Below, one piece after another: positions 47,913 through 57,749 of a stretch of 64,000 nucleotides of DNA (positions are counted from its first letter, which is position 1; every line of letters begins with the position of its first letter). The notes below the pieces were generated by a model that saw nothing but the letters and a program-made list of their open reading frames with translations, had not been told where the DNA came from and did not search any database. A program made the position numbers and the translations under genes. This DNA comes from Candidatus Bathyarchaeota archaeon (GTDB lineage: Archaea; Thermoproteota; Bathyarchaeia; Bathyarchaeales; Bathycorpusculaceae), in the NCBI GenBank assembly GCA_963815095.1, contig CAWFFH010000003.1:512001-576000 (forward strand), read 5' to 3'.

Positions 47913-48111
47913 CACGTATGTTCTAACTGTAAATTATAAAAAAAATTTACAACCTATAAAAAGATTCATATCATGCTACAAATATGTAAAGTGTGAGCCT
48001 TTTCTCAAACACCAATAATTATCATTAATTTAATGTCTAAAAATTATTCCTTTTTCAGCACCATCTCTCTGCACGTCTGCTTTCTTCGTGATATATACAC
48101 GTATTATTATG

Positions 48112-48663
48112 TTAGTTAGTTAGTTCACTATTAGTTATTAGATTAGTTATTAGTGATAATATATTCTCTATTGATAGTATAGTTATAGAATACTCACTTG
48201 CTAACACTTGAATTGGTATTGGAGAGAAATTTTCTGGTCTGTTGGTTAATAGTATCCATAAAATATTTCTTTTTGGCTTTGGGCAATTCTTGAAACGTCC
48301 AATTCTATCTCGTATGAACCATTTTCGTCTGTACTTGTAAGGTTTACTCATGTAGCTTGCTTCAACGTAAAGATAATAATTGCCTATTTTCAATTCAAAG
48401 TCTACGCCGATTGTTTTTGTATGTGTCCATTCGAATGGGTCTATTGGATTATGATACTTGATATACTCTCCTAATCCAGAATCTTCCAGTTTAGGCAACA
48501 CTTCTTTAATTTCAAAATCATAGCCTAACTGGTCTTTCCAACCCATTTTATACTTTTTAATGAAGCGGGTTAAGGTAACTTTTTCTTCTTTTTTCAGTTC
48601 ACGATTTTCTTGATTGTATTTTATTCTTCGATATTCATTTAATTCATTTCGACTTAGTTTCAA
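48112..48663 (-). CDS. PD-(D/E)XK-like nuclease-fold protein
   Basis: GVDFELKIGNYYLYVEAS motif. Confidence 0.55.
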   Translation of the reverse strand: MKLSRNELNEYRRIKYNQENRELKKEEKVTLTRFIKKYKMGWKDQLGYDFEIKEVLPKLEDSGLGEYIKYHNPIDPFEWTHTKTIGVDFELKIGNYYLYVEASYMSKPYKYRRKWFIRDRIGRFKNCPKPKRNILWILLTNRPENFSPIPIQVLASEYSITILSIENILSLITNLITNSELTN

Positions 48664-48752
48664 TTCTTTCCTTCAGGGAAAAGTGTATCTTACTACCAGT
48701 CAGTTCTTGGAGAAAGGTAGAGAACTTTTCACCTGAAAAAAAGATTAAAGGT

Positions 48753-49007
48753 TTAACGTGGCTTGAATTCAATTCGTTTTCTGAGAAAGTCAACTTCGAT
48801 AATATAATTGTCGTAATCCATCGACCTTTCACATTCTTCTTTAGAATAGCACATAAAAGAAACTTCTAATAGCATTTCCTTATTTTTTGACTCAAGTGAT
48901 GAATTCACTTCTTTGTAGTGACAATCTATGCGAGAGATGTCTCCAATAAATTCGTCGTGTGTCTTTTTAGAATTTAATTTGTTCTCAGGATTATTATTTT
49001 CTTGCAT
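48753..49007 (-). CDS. Hypothetical protein
   Basis: 84-aa ORF divergent from the RHH operon. Confidence 0.5.
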   Translation of the reverse strand: MQENNNPENKLNSKKTHDEFIGDISRIDCHYKEVNSSLESKNKEMLLEVSFMCYSKEECERSMDYDNYIIEVDFLRKRIEFKPR

Positions 49008-49226
49008 TTCTATTACCTGATTCCTGAGAGTGCGAAAACTTGAACTTCAATATCCACTCAGAAGACATTATTAAATAGTTCTGTTTTTTGACACCTATTA
49101 TAAGTTAAATAAATATTAAAAAACTTGTAATTTTTACAATAACACTTAGTGTTTAGTGTAATAAAAACATTTATATGTTAGTTTGTATGTTGTTATATAT
49201 AAACATTGTGGTAAAGGTAGTGAAGT

Positions 49227-49541
49227 ATGAATAAAAAAATGAAGAAAAATCGCCCAGTAATGATTGATGAGACAGCACAGACACGTTTAGCTTGGATTTC
49301 AAAAGTTTCTGGACGTAGCCGAAAAAGTATATTGGAAGAAATTATTGAAGAAATGACATCTCTCGCATGCATGTATGATAAAGCTTACTTGAAAATAGAA
49401 AGCTCAGTTTTAGCAAGTGAGGTTAGAATCGTGGTTATGGGATATGGCAAAAAAATTAAAGCGGGTAGTTTTAGAGTTGGCTCAGAAACCTCAGAAAGTA
49501 AAATCAACAGGTTAATTGCTCAAGAACTTGGAGAGAGCTAA
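49227..49541 (+). CDS. RHH/CopG-like DNA-binding protein
   Basis: RPVMIDE....RL..IS..SGRS.KSILEEII. Confidence 0.7.
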   Translation: MNKKMKKNRPVMIDETAQTRLAWISKVSGRSRKSILEEIIEEMTSLACMYDKAYLKIESSVLASEVRIVVMGYGKKIKAGSFRVGSETSESKINRLIAQELGES

Positions 49542-49543
49542 AC

Positions 49544-49936
49544 ATGGTACAAATATCTGATTTGGACGTTTCTAAATTAAATGGTGGAAACGGTCTGCCT
49601 CATGGGTTATGCGATTTATGCACCGAAAATTGTTCTCGACATAAAATTTGTGTAAATTGTCCAGATTTTAAGTTGAGTACACAATATCAAATGGGCTCTT
49701 CTCAGCAACTGAACCAAACGCAAACTGAAAAAAAAGAATTAGAAGAAACCTTGACATTTCGTGAAAGTTGCCCAGAATGCGTTGCCGCTGGAAAAATTTG
49801 TGCTACTCTTCAGGGAGAAGATGTTTGCTTATCGCCTTTTACTGTTGGTAAAGAGGTTTTTTATGATTTTAAGCCATGTGAGAAAAACCCTAATCAAAAT
49901 ATTGGCTTTCTTAAAATAAAAAAAGTGGAAGTATAA
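49544..49936 (+). CDS. Cys-rich zinc-binding protein
   Basis: CDLC...C....CVNC, CPEC....C.......C. Confidence 0.7.
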   Translation: MVQISDLDVSKLNGGNGLPHGLCDLCTENCSRHKICVNCPDFKLSTQYQMGSSQQLNQTQTEKKELEETLTFRESCPECVAAGKICATLQGEDVCLSPFTVGKEVFYDFKPCEKNPNQNIGFLKIKKVEV

Positions 49937-49939
49937 TTT

Positions 49940-50503
49940 ATGAATGAAGAAGATTTAAGAGATCAAGAAATTGAAAGGCAAAAAACTGCAGAATGGATGT
50001 CTAAGCAAGGATCAATAACTAAAGTTAACAACGTGGCTATAACGAAAACACAAGCTGAGGCAATAAAGAAAGTCCTCGCTGGAAATGAAGAGGTTCCTTC
50101 AAAAGATGAATTTGAAGCTCAGAGCCAATTTGAAGAGAGAATGAGAACTTTTGTTCGGGCATTGAGACAAGCGAAAGAGGAAGATGATGAATATATTCGG
50201 AGAGATTCAGAGCTGAAAAATAGCGGAAAAGGCACTATTGGCATGACTCCCGAAATGTTTCAAAGAGAGCATTGTTCTGGAAATTCTGAAGGCTACTCCA
50301 CAAATGAAGAAAGGATAGACGATTTGAGAAAAAAAGGCGACACTGAGACACTTAATAAACTATGGGCAAAAAGTCTTCAGGGCATTAAAGAGAACCCAAA
50401 CAAAACCCTGAACTTCGAATATAAAGATCCTTGGAAAGATGGAAAATCAGCTATACGACATAAGCTTGATTCAGATAATAAAAAAGCAAGGGGTGAAAAC
50501 TAA
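49940..50503 (+). CDS. Hypothetical charged helical protein
   Basis: 187-aa ORF in operon. Confidence 0.7.
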   Translation: MNEEDLRDQEIERQKTAEWMSKQGSITKVNNVAITKTQAEAIKKVLAGNEEVPSKDEFEAQSQFEERMRTFVRALRQAKEEDDEYIRRDSELKNSGKGTIGMTPEMFQREHCSGNSEGYSTNEERIDDLRKKGDTETLNKLWAKSLQGIKENPNKTLNFEYKDPWKDGKSAIRHKLDSDNKKARGEN

Positions 50504-51039
50504 TGATAATGGAAACACAAACATCTCTTTCTGAACGTATAGAATGGAATAAAGAGCAAAAAAGGTACATGTTGAGACGCAAAACTTCTATCTGGAATTA
50601 TGACCCAATTGAACAACGCAAATTAGGAAATAACCCTTTAAGCAGAAAAACCACATGGCATGAATTAAATGTTTTACCTCAAGGCAGAAGACCTGAAAAG
50701 AAAGTTCTTATCCCAATAATTATTAAAAAACTTGCAACCGACAGAGAAACTTTAGAGACTTTAACAGCGTACTTTAGTCAAACACTTGAGGTCAGTATAC
50801 TTAGCGACTCAAAATATGCGAATTTATACCTTGTCGAAAATATGGGTAAAGCCTATCTAAACTGTATTTCATCTGGGCAATGTTGCCCTATTGCTCTTAG
50901 TGGAGCTAACCAAACTGGTACAGAAAAGAAATTCGCTGGAAAAGAAGTTCGCTTAACAGATGAGCAAGCATTAAAAATGATTGATGAGGGTTCACCAGTC
51001 TATGAAAAAGTAGGCTCGGAATACAGGATTCTAATTTAA
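50503..51039 (+). CDS. Hypothetical protein
   Basis: 178-aa ORF, TAATG coupling to the upstream gene. Confidence 0.7.
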   Translation: MIMETQTSLSERIEWNKEQKRYMLRRKTSIWNYDPIEQRKLGNNPLSRKTTWHELNVLPQGRRPEKKVLIPIIIKKLATDRETLETLTAYFSQTLEVSILSDSKYANLYLVENMGKAYLNCISSGQCCPIALSGANQTGTEKKFAGKEVRLTDEQALKMIDEGSPVYEKVGSEYRILI

Positions 51040-51706
51040 GCTTACTTTGGGGTTTCGTAAGAGGATTTGATGTTATGGCTATGAAGATGTTAGTAATCAT
51101 CGCTGAAGTTCTTATCAACCATCTGAGCCAAAAACGTCAATTTCAATAGAAGCTATTTTGCCTTAATTCTATATTCCAAGAGAGGGCATTCACCTATTCT
51201 TCGAAACCCTTATTCCTTGACTGTGGGGGAGTATTAAGCTCAATTTAGGGTTGCTTGGCATGTATATATAAGTCGAAGTTTAGCGAAGTAATAAGTTGCA
51301 GATTTTAGAGTTTTTGCGGGATAAATCAACATTAAGCCCTTAGGTTTAAGGAGTTAACTCATAGAAAATAAAAAATTGAGTCTCTTATCAGTGCCATTAA
51401 AAAACGTGAGTGCCCCACTCTTAGAGCATAGTTTAAACAATTTGTGTTTTTTGATTAGTTTAGTAGGGGTATGTTTTCGCTTTAGTTTCGAAGTTTTGTA
51501 ACCTGTAGGCACTAACCACACATCTTAAGCATGGAGATTAACCATAAGTTTCTTGTTTAGTCATGTTCTTTATGGTTGACTACTTCGATATTTCGAATAT
51601 AGGGGAAATAAAAGAAGAAGTTTAGAAAAAATTAGAGAAAACTTGGGATAAATAGAGAAATTAGAGTAATAAAGAAAGGATACTTTGTGCCTTTTTGTTT
51701 TAGTGT

Positions 51707-51934
51707 TTATGTTGTCGGGTTAAGTTGTTTGTTTCCTTGCTTTTGTTCATGTTGTTTTATTAACATCGGTAACAAGAAAGCGAAAACAACTACCACAACA
51801 GCAATGCTTAACCCAGAAACAGTGTAGCTAATGGCGTTAAAGATTGACAAAATTACTATAATTACTAACAAAACCGACCCGATGATTGCCAACATTTTTC
51901 TTAATTTTGTAGGAAATATTTTCCCATTATACAT
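51707..51934 (-). CDS. Small two-TM membrane protein
   Basis: Two hydrophobic helices. Confidence 0.65.
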   Translation of the reverse strand: MYNGKIFPTKLRKMLAIIGSVLLVIIVILSIFNAISYTVSGLSIAVVVVVFAFLLPMLIKQHEQKQGNKQLNPTT

Positions 51935-52011
51935 GATTACAATTATTGTTTTGACCTTGCTTAAAAGATTATAGAACCTGTGTCATTAAGAAAAAAGAGT
52001 TTTGAAGCTAC

Positions 52012-53349
52012 TTATCTGTCATAGCCATCACGTGTATACTCTTCATCGGCTCTTACTTGTTTTTTCTTCTTATCAGTTATCTTAAAGGATTTAGTGCTAA
52101 ACTGCGTTTTTTGTGGTTCATGCGTATAAGATGGGTCTATTTTCTTGAATTGTTGCTCTCTTTCATCAAGAATTTCTTTAGATTCAGCTTTTTCGTTAGA
52201 AGGTTGCAGAACGCTATAATTCATGCCTTTTTCATGGTTTAATAGTTGAGTAACCAAGCCTTTTAACTCTTCAATCTGCGACTGTTGGCTTATAAATTTG
52301 GTTTCTGTCTCTTTTAATTCACTTTCAAGAACACTATTGCTTTTTGGAATCAGATAGGGCAATGCAGTTTCATATTTTCCAATCAATTCTTGGCAGTCAT
52401 GTGAACTATAATTCTGTGCTATTCCAGCTATTTTATGAGCCATTAACGGAGAAATCAAGTTTTCTTGTATTCCTGCACTCTCTAAGGCACTTTGATAAAA
52501 TTCTCTTAAGTCGTGAATGCTAAAGCGTTTCTTTTCTAAATCTCCAAAAGCTGAAAGGCTAACATGATTAAACAATTCATTTATTCCTTTTATTGTAAGT
52601 GGCTTTTGTGGTTTCTCTTTGCCTTTTTGGTAATAGGCAACAAACAAAGGCGAATCATCTTTCAACTCATAGCCTTTTTGTTTTGCCTCTGCTCTGTATT
52701 GCTCAAGTTTCTCACTTGCGAATTTATGAACAAAACAAATTTGTTTGTTTCCTTTATAGCGTCCTTTTCCACTGCCTTTCAATCTTGCACTTTCAATTTC
52801 CAAAGAGTATGGCACGTTTGGGTTTTCTGTTTGCTTAAGGTCACACCATTTTAATAAAACCAGAGTGCCGACCCTCACGCTTGTACTTGCAGTAAACCAG
52901 AGCATAGCCTTGTCTCTTGCTGTTCTCATAACACCTTCTAAGGCAGTCAAATCGTCTAAACTTGGTTTGCGTTTTTTGGATTCTGGTGTTTCATTTTTTA
53001 TGTTGCTTGCAGTGGATGGCTCAAGGCTTCTTTTGTTGTGCTTATAGAATGAGAACACAGTGCTTCTCATCATTAAACGAGCAGTGGGTTTCATGCCTTT
53101 ATTTTCTCTGAAAAAGGTCTCAAGTAAATCTTCTGCGATAAACTCTTTTTCTGTTCCGACATTCTGCAAGCCTTGAACTTTGAGAGCAATTAGCTGGTCT
53201 GGTGTTTGTTTTGTATAATCACAATAGCGTTTGAAGTAATCAGTGAAGATTTTTTGAGTGTTTGCTGAACCTATTTTTTCAAGCCATTTCTGCCCACTTG
53301 AAAAACTATTTAGCCATTTAGCCCTCTGCAATTCCTTGTCACTGCTCAA
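52012..53349 (-). CDS. Tyrosine recombinase/integrase
   Basis: SVRVGTL (R), SIHDLR (HxxR), LMAHK, NYS (Y). Confidence 0.92.
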   Translation of the reverse strand: MSSDKELQRAKWLNSFSSGQKWLEKIGSANTQKIFTDYFKRYCDYTKQTPDQLIALKVQGLQNVGTEKEFIAEDLLETFFRENKGMKPTARLMMRSTVFSFYKHNKRSLEPSTASNIKNETPESKKRKPSLDDLTALEGVMRTARDKAMLWFTASTSVRVGTLVLLKWCDLKQTENPNVPYSLEIESARLKGSGKGRYKGNKQICFVHKFASEKLEQYRAEAKQKGYELKDDSPLFVAYYQKGKEKPQKPLTIKGINELFNHVSLSAFGDLEKKRFSIHDLREFYQSALESAGIQENLISPLMAHKIAGIAQNYSSHDCQELIGKYETALPYLIPKSNSVLESELKETETKFISQQSQIEELKGLVTQLLNHEKGMNYSVLQPSNEKAESKEILDEREQQFKKIDPSYTHEPQKTQFSTKSFKITDKKKKQVRADEEYTRDGYDR

Positions 53350-53517
53350 TTAACTCACCTCTTGCAGAGTTTAAGTTTTTGCTGTTGGAAGTGGCTAAAC
53401 AGTTAATCCCTTTCCCAGAAGGGACAAACTTAAATTAAGCCTCTCATCTATTGAGAGGTGCTCCTACGCTTTTAAACGTCGGAGAAAAGTAAATCGTTAA
53501 ATTCGGAGGAATACTAA

Positions 53518-53757
53518 CTGGGAAAAGTAAAGACTGATCAGATCAAAAAGCTGGGCAAAGAACTAATGGCTCGCTTTCCAACCAAATTCAACACCAACTT
53601 TGACGAGAACAAAGGTGCAGTTGACGAGTTAACCAAAGGTGCAACAACACGCGTAAGAAACCAAACTGCAGGCTACATAACACGCACTCTTGCATTAGCT
53701 CAAGCTAACTCAGAAAATGAATCTGACCTCGAAGAACAAGAAGAAATGGCAGAATAA
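53518..53757 (+). CDS. rps17e: 30S ribosomal protein S17e (CTG start)
   Basis: In-frame CTG-GKVKTDQIKKLGKELMARFP..F.TNFDENK..V......RVRNQTAGYIT; GGAGGA RBS 7 nt upstream of the CTG. Confidence 0.92.
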   Translation: MGKVKTDQIKKLGKELMARFPTKFNTNFDENKGAVDELTKGATTRVRNQTAGYITRTLALAQANSENESDLEEQEEMAE

Positions 53758-53774
53758 TTCTGGAACCAAACACT

Positions 53775-54155
53775 ATGATGGATGACTACAGGAAAGGTTG
53801 GGCACTACGGTACCTTCGTGAAGCCAAAGCTGAATTAGAAGCAGCACGAAAAATCCCGTACATGGCGCCAAGCCTTGTTGTTGAAGCCATCCGAAAGGCT
53901 CGAAACGCTATATACTACAGTCTTGGTGAACCTGCCTTCATAGAAATACTCATACGTGAAGAAGTAACCAAAAACCCTGTCACCAACGATTCTGTTCTGC
54001 GTTTTCTAATTGAAATCGAAACCATCGTTCAACAAATTTCACAGTTAGAAGAAGTTAACGGTGACGCCATGATGAAACAGGCCGATTCTATCGTTAACAT
54101 CGCAACCGACATCGTTGAAACCTTGACGCAAGAAAAACTTGAAAGTTTTAGTTAA
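53775..54155 (+). CDS. Conserved hypothetical helical protein
   Basis: GWALRYLREAKAELEAA...AIYYSLG. Confidence 0.75.
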   Translation: MMDDYRKGWALRYLREAKAELEAARKIPYMAPSLVVEAIRKARNAIYYSLGEPAFIEILIREEVTKNPVTNDSVLRFLIEIETIVQQISQLEEVNGDAMMKQADSIVNIATDIVETLTQEKLESFS

Positions 54156-54203
54156 AATTTTTAACAACCCCTGCTTATTTTATTTGATGTGAGTGGAGCT
54201 TAG

Positions 54204-54488
54204 GTGCCTTTAACTGTAAAATTCATCGGTGCACTGCGTCATCTTTCGGGAAAAACACAATTCACCGTTACCTTCCAAGAGGGGATCTCCATAAAACAAT
54301 TAGTCACCAACATTAGCAAAGAAATGCCCACGTTAAAACATACGTTCAGCGATCAAGAACTAAACGATTCAAGATCAAACTCGCTCATACTTGTCAATGG
54401 CCGAGAAATAAGTGTACTAAACGGTTATGAAACCAAATTAAACGACGGCGACGAAATCGTTTTTGTTCCCGTCGTTCACGGCGGCTAA
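54204..54488 (+). CDS. MoaD/ThiS/SAMP ubiquitin-like protein
   Basis: ILVNG.....T.L.DGDEI...P.VHGG C-terminal di-Gly. Confidence 0.92.
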   Translation: MPLTVKFIGALRHLSGKTQFTVTFQEGISIKQLVTNISKEMPTLKHTFSDQELNDSRSNSLILVNGREISVLNGYETKLNDGDEIVFVPVVHGG

Positions 54489-54494
54489 CCCAAA

Positions 54495-55268
54495 ATGATT
54501 ACGTTAACCAGTGACTTCGGGTTAAAAGACCCATACGTGGGAGAGATGAAAGGCGTCATCTTAACCATAAACCCCAACGCCAAAATAATTGACATAACCC
54601 ATGAAGTTGAAAAATTCAGCGTTCGCATGGGCGCTTTTATGTTGGCTTCAGCCGCACCATATTTTCCTAAAGGCACTATCCATTTGGCAGTTGTGGACCC
54701 AGGTGTTGGAACTGAAAGACGCGCCATTTTGGTTCAGACTAAGCAGAGTTTTCTTATTGGACCAGACAACGGAGTTTTGATTTTAGCAGCTCAAAACCAA
54801 GACATCGAACACATCTTCCAAATTACAAACCTTAAGTTTACGTTAACCCCAGTTTCAAGCACCTTTCATGGAAGAGATGTTTTTGCGCCCGCAGCTGCAC
54901 ACTTGGACATTGGTGTGAACATTTCAGCGTTTGGTCCAGAAATCTCTGACGCGGTCAAGCCCGAATACACAATCTTACAACACAGAAACGGTTCTTTAAT
55001 AGGCGAAGTATTGCATGTTGATAGCTTCGGCAACATAATCACAAACATACCTCAGAAAGAAATAGCCCAAGCCAAAAAAATCAAGGCAAAACTCCAAAAC
55101 CTTTCGTTAAACCTAAATTTCGGCAAAACTTACAATCAAGCTAACCCCAAGGAGGCTATAGCTCTGATAGGCAGCCTTGGCTTTTTGGAAATCGCATTAA
55201 ACCAAGCAAGTGCAGCTGAGAGGTTCAATGTCAAAACCGGAGATAAAATCGAGGTTAAGCCTGCATAA
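54495..55268 (+). CDS. SAM hydroxide adenosyltransferase (DUF62, chlorinase/fluorinase family)
   Basis: ITLTSDFG..DPYVG.MKG, VVDPGVG, GPDNG, STFHGRDVF, VDSFGN. Confidence 0.92.
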   Translation: MITLTSDFGLKDPYVGEMKGVILTINPNAKIIDITHEVEKFSVRMGAFMLASAAPYFPKGTIHLAVVDPGVGTERRAILVQTKQSFLIGPDNGVLILAAQNQDIEHIFQITNLKFTLTPVSSTFHGRDVFAPAAAHLDIGVNISAFGPEISDAVKPEYTILQHRNGSLIGEVLHVDSFGNIITNIPQKEIAQAKKIKAKLQNLSLNLNFGKTYNQANPKEAIALIGSLGFLEIALNQASAAERFNVKTGDKIEVKPA

Positions 55269-55277
55269 TTCAGTAGC

Positions 55278-56258
55278 TTAATTTTTTATTTTTTCCACAA
55301 CTTTCTCGATGACATCAATGGGGTTCTCTAAATGTGCAAGTTTGTCTTTTACGTCAAATATTTTGCCAAGATACTTCTCGGCATAACTAAGAATTCCCTG
55401 CTCAGTCGTTATGAACAATGGAAAACCTCTCTTCGCTAAATACCTGTTCACGTAGGTTTTTGCCATATCAGAGATCGCTATGCTAGGGACACCTTGGAGA
55501 GCAGCTTCACGAGCAATCGTGCCTCCATAACTAACCACTAAATCAGCGTTCGCAACCAAACTTGCTGAATCTTCAAATCCAGCTTTAACGCCGAAAGCTT
55601 CACCTTCGCCATTGTATCTTTCGATTAAATGTACATTTCCCAGTTCAGAAAGTTTCTTAGAGAGGGATTTTGCGTTATCTTGTTTTCCTTTAGCATAAGC
55701 GGCTTTAGATTCGATTTGCCTGACAACAATTAACGGTTTTTCTAAATTAGCAATTTTTGAGGGCTTAAAATCTTTGATCCATGCAACCTCATCTACTCCT
55801 TTAAAGGAGACAACATTTTTTGCACAATAAGCTCTTGTGAAACTCTTAGGCAAAGCCTCGGAAACCACAACAGTGTGTGCGAAGGGTATTGTTAGTCTGT
55901 TAGTGGCTAAAGCATGAGGTGTGTCAGCAGTCAAAATGATTGGGATTCCTAAGCCGAAAGCAGTTCGGCAGAGCTCAACTGACTGGTGAGCGATGGCGAT
56001 GTCTGGTCGGTTTTCTTTGAAAAGTTTTGAGAATTCTATTATGCGTTCAGCACTCTCTTCCAGCCTTGAGGTAAGCGTAGAGGGGTTGTATTCGCCCACG
56101 ACAAGAGGTTTTTCACCAAGGATTTTGGCAAGCGGTATTGTGTCAGGGTGTTGTCTTGTCGTAAAAATAAACTCGTATCCAGATTTTCTCAGCCGCTTTC
56201 CAATAGCGGCACCATACCGTGTGTGTTTACCGGTGCAGGCGTCATACCAAATTTTCAT
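55278..56258 (-). CDS. DUF354-family GT-B fold protein
   Basis: MKIWYD....H, GGTIAREAA.QGVPSI. Confidence 0.85.
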   Translation of the reverse strand: MKIWYDACTGKHTRYGAAIGKRLRKSGYEFIFTTRQHPDTIPLAKILGEKPLVVGEYNPSTLTSRLEESAERIIEFSKLFKENRPDIAIAHQSVELCRTAFGLGIPIILTADTPHALATNRLTIPFAHTVVVSEALPKSFTRAYCAKNVVSFKGVDEVAWIKDFKPSKIANLEKPLIVVRQIESKAAYAKGKQDNAKSLSKKLSELGNVHLIERYNGEGEAFGVKAGFEDSASLVANADLVVSYGGTIAREAALQGVPSIAISDMAKTYVNRYLAKRGFPLFITTEQGILSYAEKYLGKIFDVKDKLAHLENPIDVIEKVVEKIKN

Positions 56259-56767
56259 TTTAGCACCTTTCGCTGTGCTTTAATGAATACATCACGTTTA
56301 GACTCATATGCCTCCAAAGTCATTACTTTTTTAGCAGGTGTTCCAGCAACGACAGTTTTAGGCGGAACATCTTTAGATACAACGCTTCCTCCGCCAACCA
56401 CCGCTTTTTCGCCTACCGTAACATTTGGCAGTATTGTGACTCCTCCACCGATTGCAGCGCCATCTTTTATTATTGGAGGGTTCAAGAAGCTACTTTTTGG
56501 GTATTTGTCGTTTAGAAGGCTGCTGTTGGGTGCTATGAACACGTTGTCGCCGAGTATGCAGCCGTTGGATATGGTTACGTGTGCTTGTACGTTGCAATTT
56601 TTGCCTAAGGTTACGTTTTTGCCTATGTCAACGAAACTGCCGATAAGAGTTCCGTCGCCAATTTTTGTGCCGTCACCAATGACGACATAGTTCCAGATGG
56701 AGACGTCTTTGCCTATTTGCACATTAGTTCCTGTGACAATGCCAGTGCCTTTCTTTGGATTCTGCAT
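56255..56767 (-). CDS. Hexapeptide-repeat sugar N-acetyltransferase
   Basis: Left-handed beta-helix repeats, NDKYP, VVSKDVP...VVAGTPAK. Confidence 0.9.
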   Translation of the reverse strand: MQNPKKGTGIVTGTNVQIGKDVSIWNYVVIGDGTKIGDGTLIGSFVDIGKNVTLGKNCNVQAHVTISNGCILGDNVFIAPNSSLLNDKYPKSSFLNPPIIKDGAAIGGGVTILPNVTVGEKAVVGGGSVVSKDVPPKTVVAGTPAKKVMTLEAYESKRDVFIKAQRKVLK

Positions 56768-56838
56768 GCTTGTCCTTTCGAGCTTCAACTTTAAATAGTT
56801 TAAGATTAAATGACTTTCCAATGAATGGTGGCTTACGT

Positions 56839-57732
56839 TTGGCTAAAGAAACCGTTTTAATTGTTGGTTTAGGAGAGATAGGCCATACTCTTTTCGCGTT
56901 GTATACTGAGGCTAAAGAAAAGTTCGCGGTTTATGGTTTAGATTTAGACGTGAAAAAAATGAAGGCACTTGGTCAAACCAAAGACAAAGTTCCAGCAAAC
57001 GTTGACACCTTGCAGATTTGCCTTCCTTGTGGCAGTCCAGAAAAATTCTCAGACATTATCCAAGGTTACGTTGAACAATACAAGCCTAAACTAACAATCA
57101 TCAACAGCACGGTTCCACCGGGAACAACACTAAAAGTTTCAGTTGCCTGCAAGTGCCTTGTCGCTCATTCTCCTGCTCGCGGCGTTCACATAAATGCTGA
57201 GCACATGATTTGGGAGCTGAAGCGTTGGACTAAATATGTTGGCGGAGCAAACGTGGCTGCGGGTAAAGCAGCTAAAATTCATTTTGAAAAATTGGGTCTA
57301 AAAGTTAAGGTTCTCAGAAGCTGCCGCGAAACCGAATTGGCAAAACTCTTCGAAACCACCTATCGCGCTTGGATGATTGCATCCTTCCAAGAAATGCACC
57401 GCATCTCAAGGGCTTTTGACGCTGAATTCGACGAAGCAGTTGACTTCCTTGAAGACACCCATAAAGAACGCTTTGACCGCCCTGTTATGTTTCCGGGAGT
57501 TATCGGTGGACATTGCCTTATCCCCAATACGGAACTGCTGCTCAAAAGCTATGACTCAGAGTTTCTTAGGCTGATCTTGAAGTCTAACGAGAAGCGTAAA
57601 GAAGAAATCAAGGACGCAACGGTTAAGGCTGAAGCGGACAAGGTTGCGGTGAGGGCAATTGCATTGGAAAAGAAGCTTGCTGGACCAAAAAACGTGGTTT
57701 TAGACGAGAAAAACCCGTCAGGATGCACGTAA
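56839..57732 (+). CDS. NDP-sugar dehydrogenase-like protein (UDP-glucose/GDP-mannose dehydrogenase family)
   Basis: IVGLGEIG, STVPPGTT, HSP.RG, ELAKL.ETTYR, GGHCL. Confidence 0.85.
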   Translation: MAKETVLIVGLGEIGHTLFALYTEAKEKFAVYGLDLDVKKMKALGQTKDKVPANVDTLQICLPCGSPEKFSDIIQGYVEQYKPKLTIINSTVPPGTTLKVSVACKCLVAHSPARGVHINAEHMIWELKRWTKYVGGANVAAGKAAKIHFEKLGLKVKVLRSCRETELAKLFETTYRAWMIASFQEMHRISRAFDAEFDEAVDFLEDTHKERFDRPVMFPGVIGGHCLIPNTELLLKSYDSEFLRLILKSNEKRKEEIKDATVKAEADKVAVRAIALEKKLAGPKNVVLDEKNPSGCT

Positions 57733-57749
57733 CAGAAAAAATTTTACGT

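Larger units (their letters stand above)
44100..53440. mobile_element. AT-rich integrated element (provirus/plasmid-like), about 9.3 kb
   Basis: Terminal integrase, ATPase, nucleases, RHH; imperfect direct repeats AAACTTAAAATTAGC (44100) and AAACTTAAATTAAGC (53426); flanked by housekeeping tatD and rps17e. Confidence 0.75.

Noticed and set aside
48105-48190. TTAG/TTAT short tandem repeats
   Set aside because: Low-complexity AT-rich end of ORF 48112..48663; no fixed unit or spacers
51600-51680. Purine-rich TAGAGAAA repeats as iterons
   Set aside because: Irregular spacing and low complexity; insufficient support
44061-53522. CCCAGTT / AACTGGG inverted pair suggesting a split RNA gene around the element
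   Set aside because: Only 7 bp, and the right copy is explained by the rps17e start (CTG GGA)
54204-54488. SAMP/MoaD as part of the island's ubiquitin-like system
   Set aside because: Ordinary di-Gly SAMP in a housekeeping context 40 kb away; the island has its own Ubl
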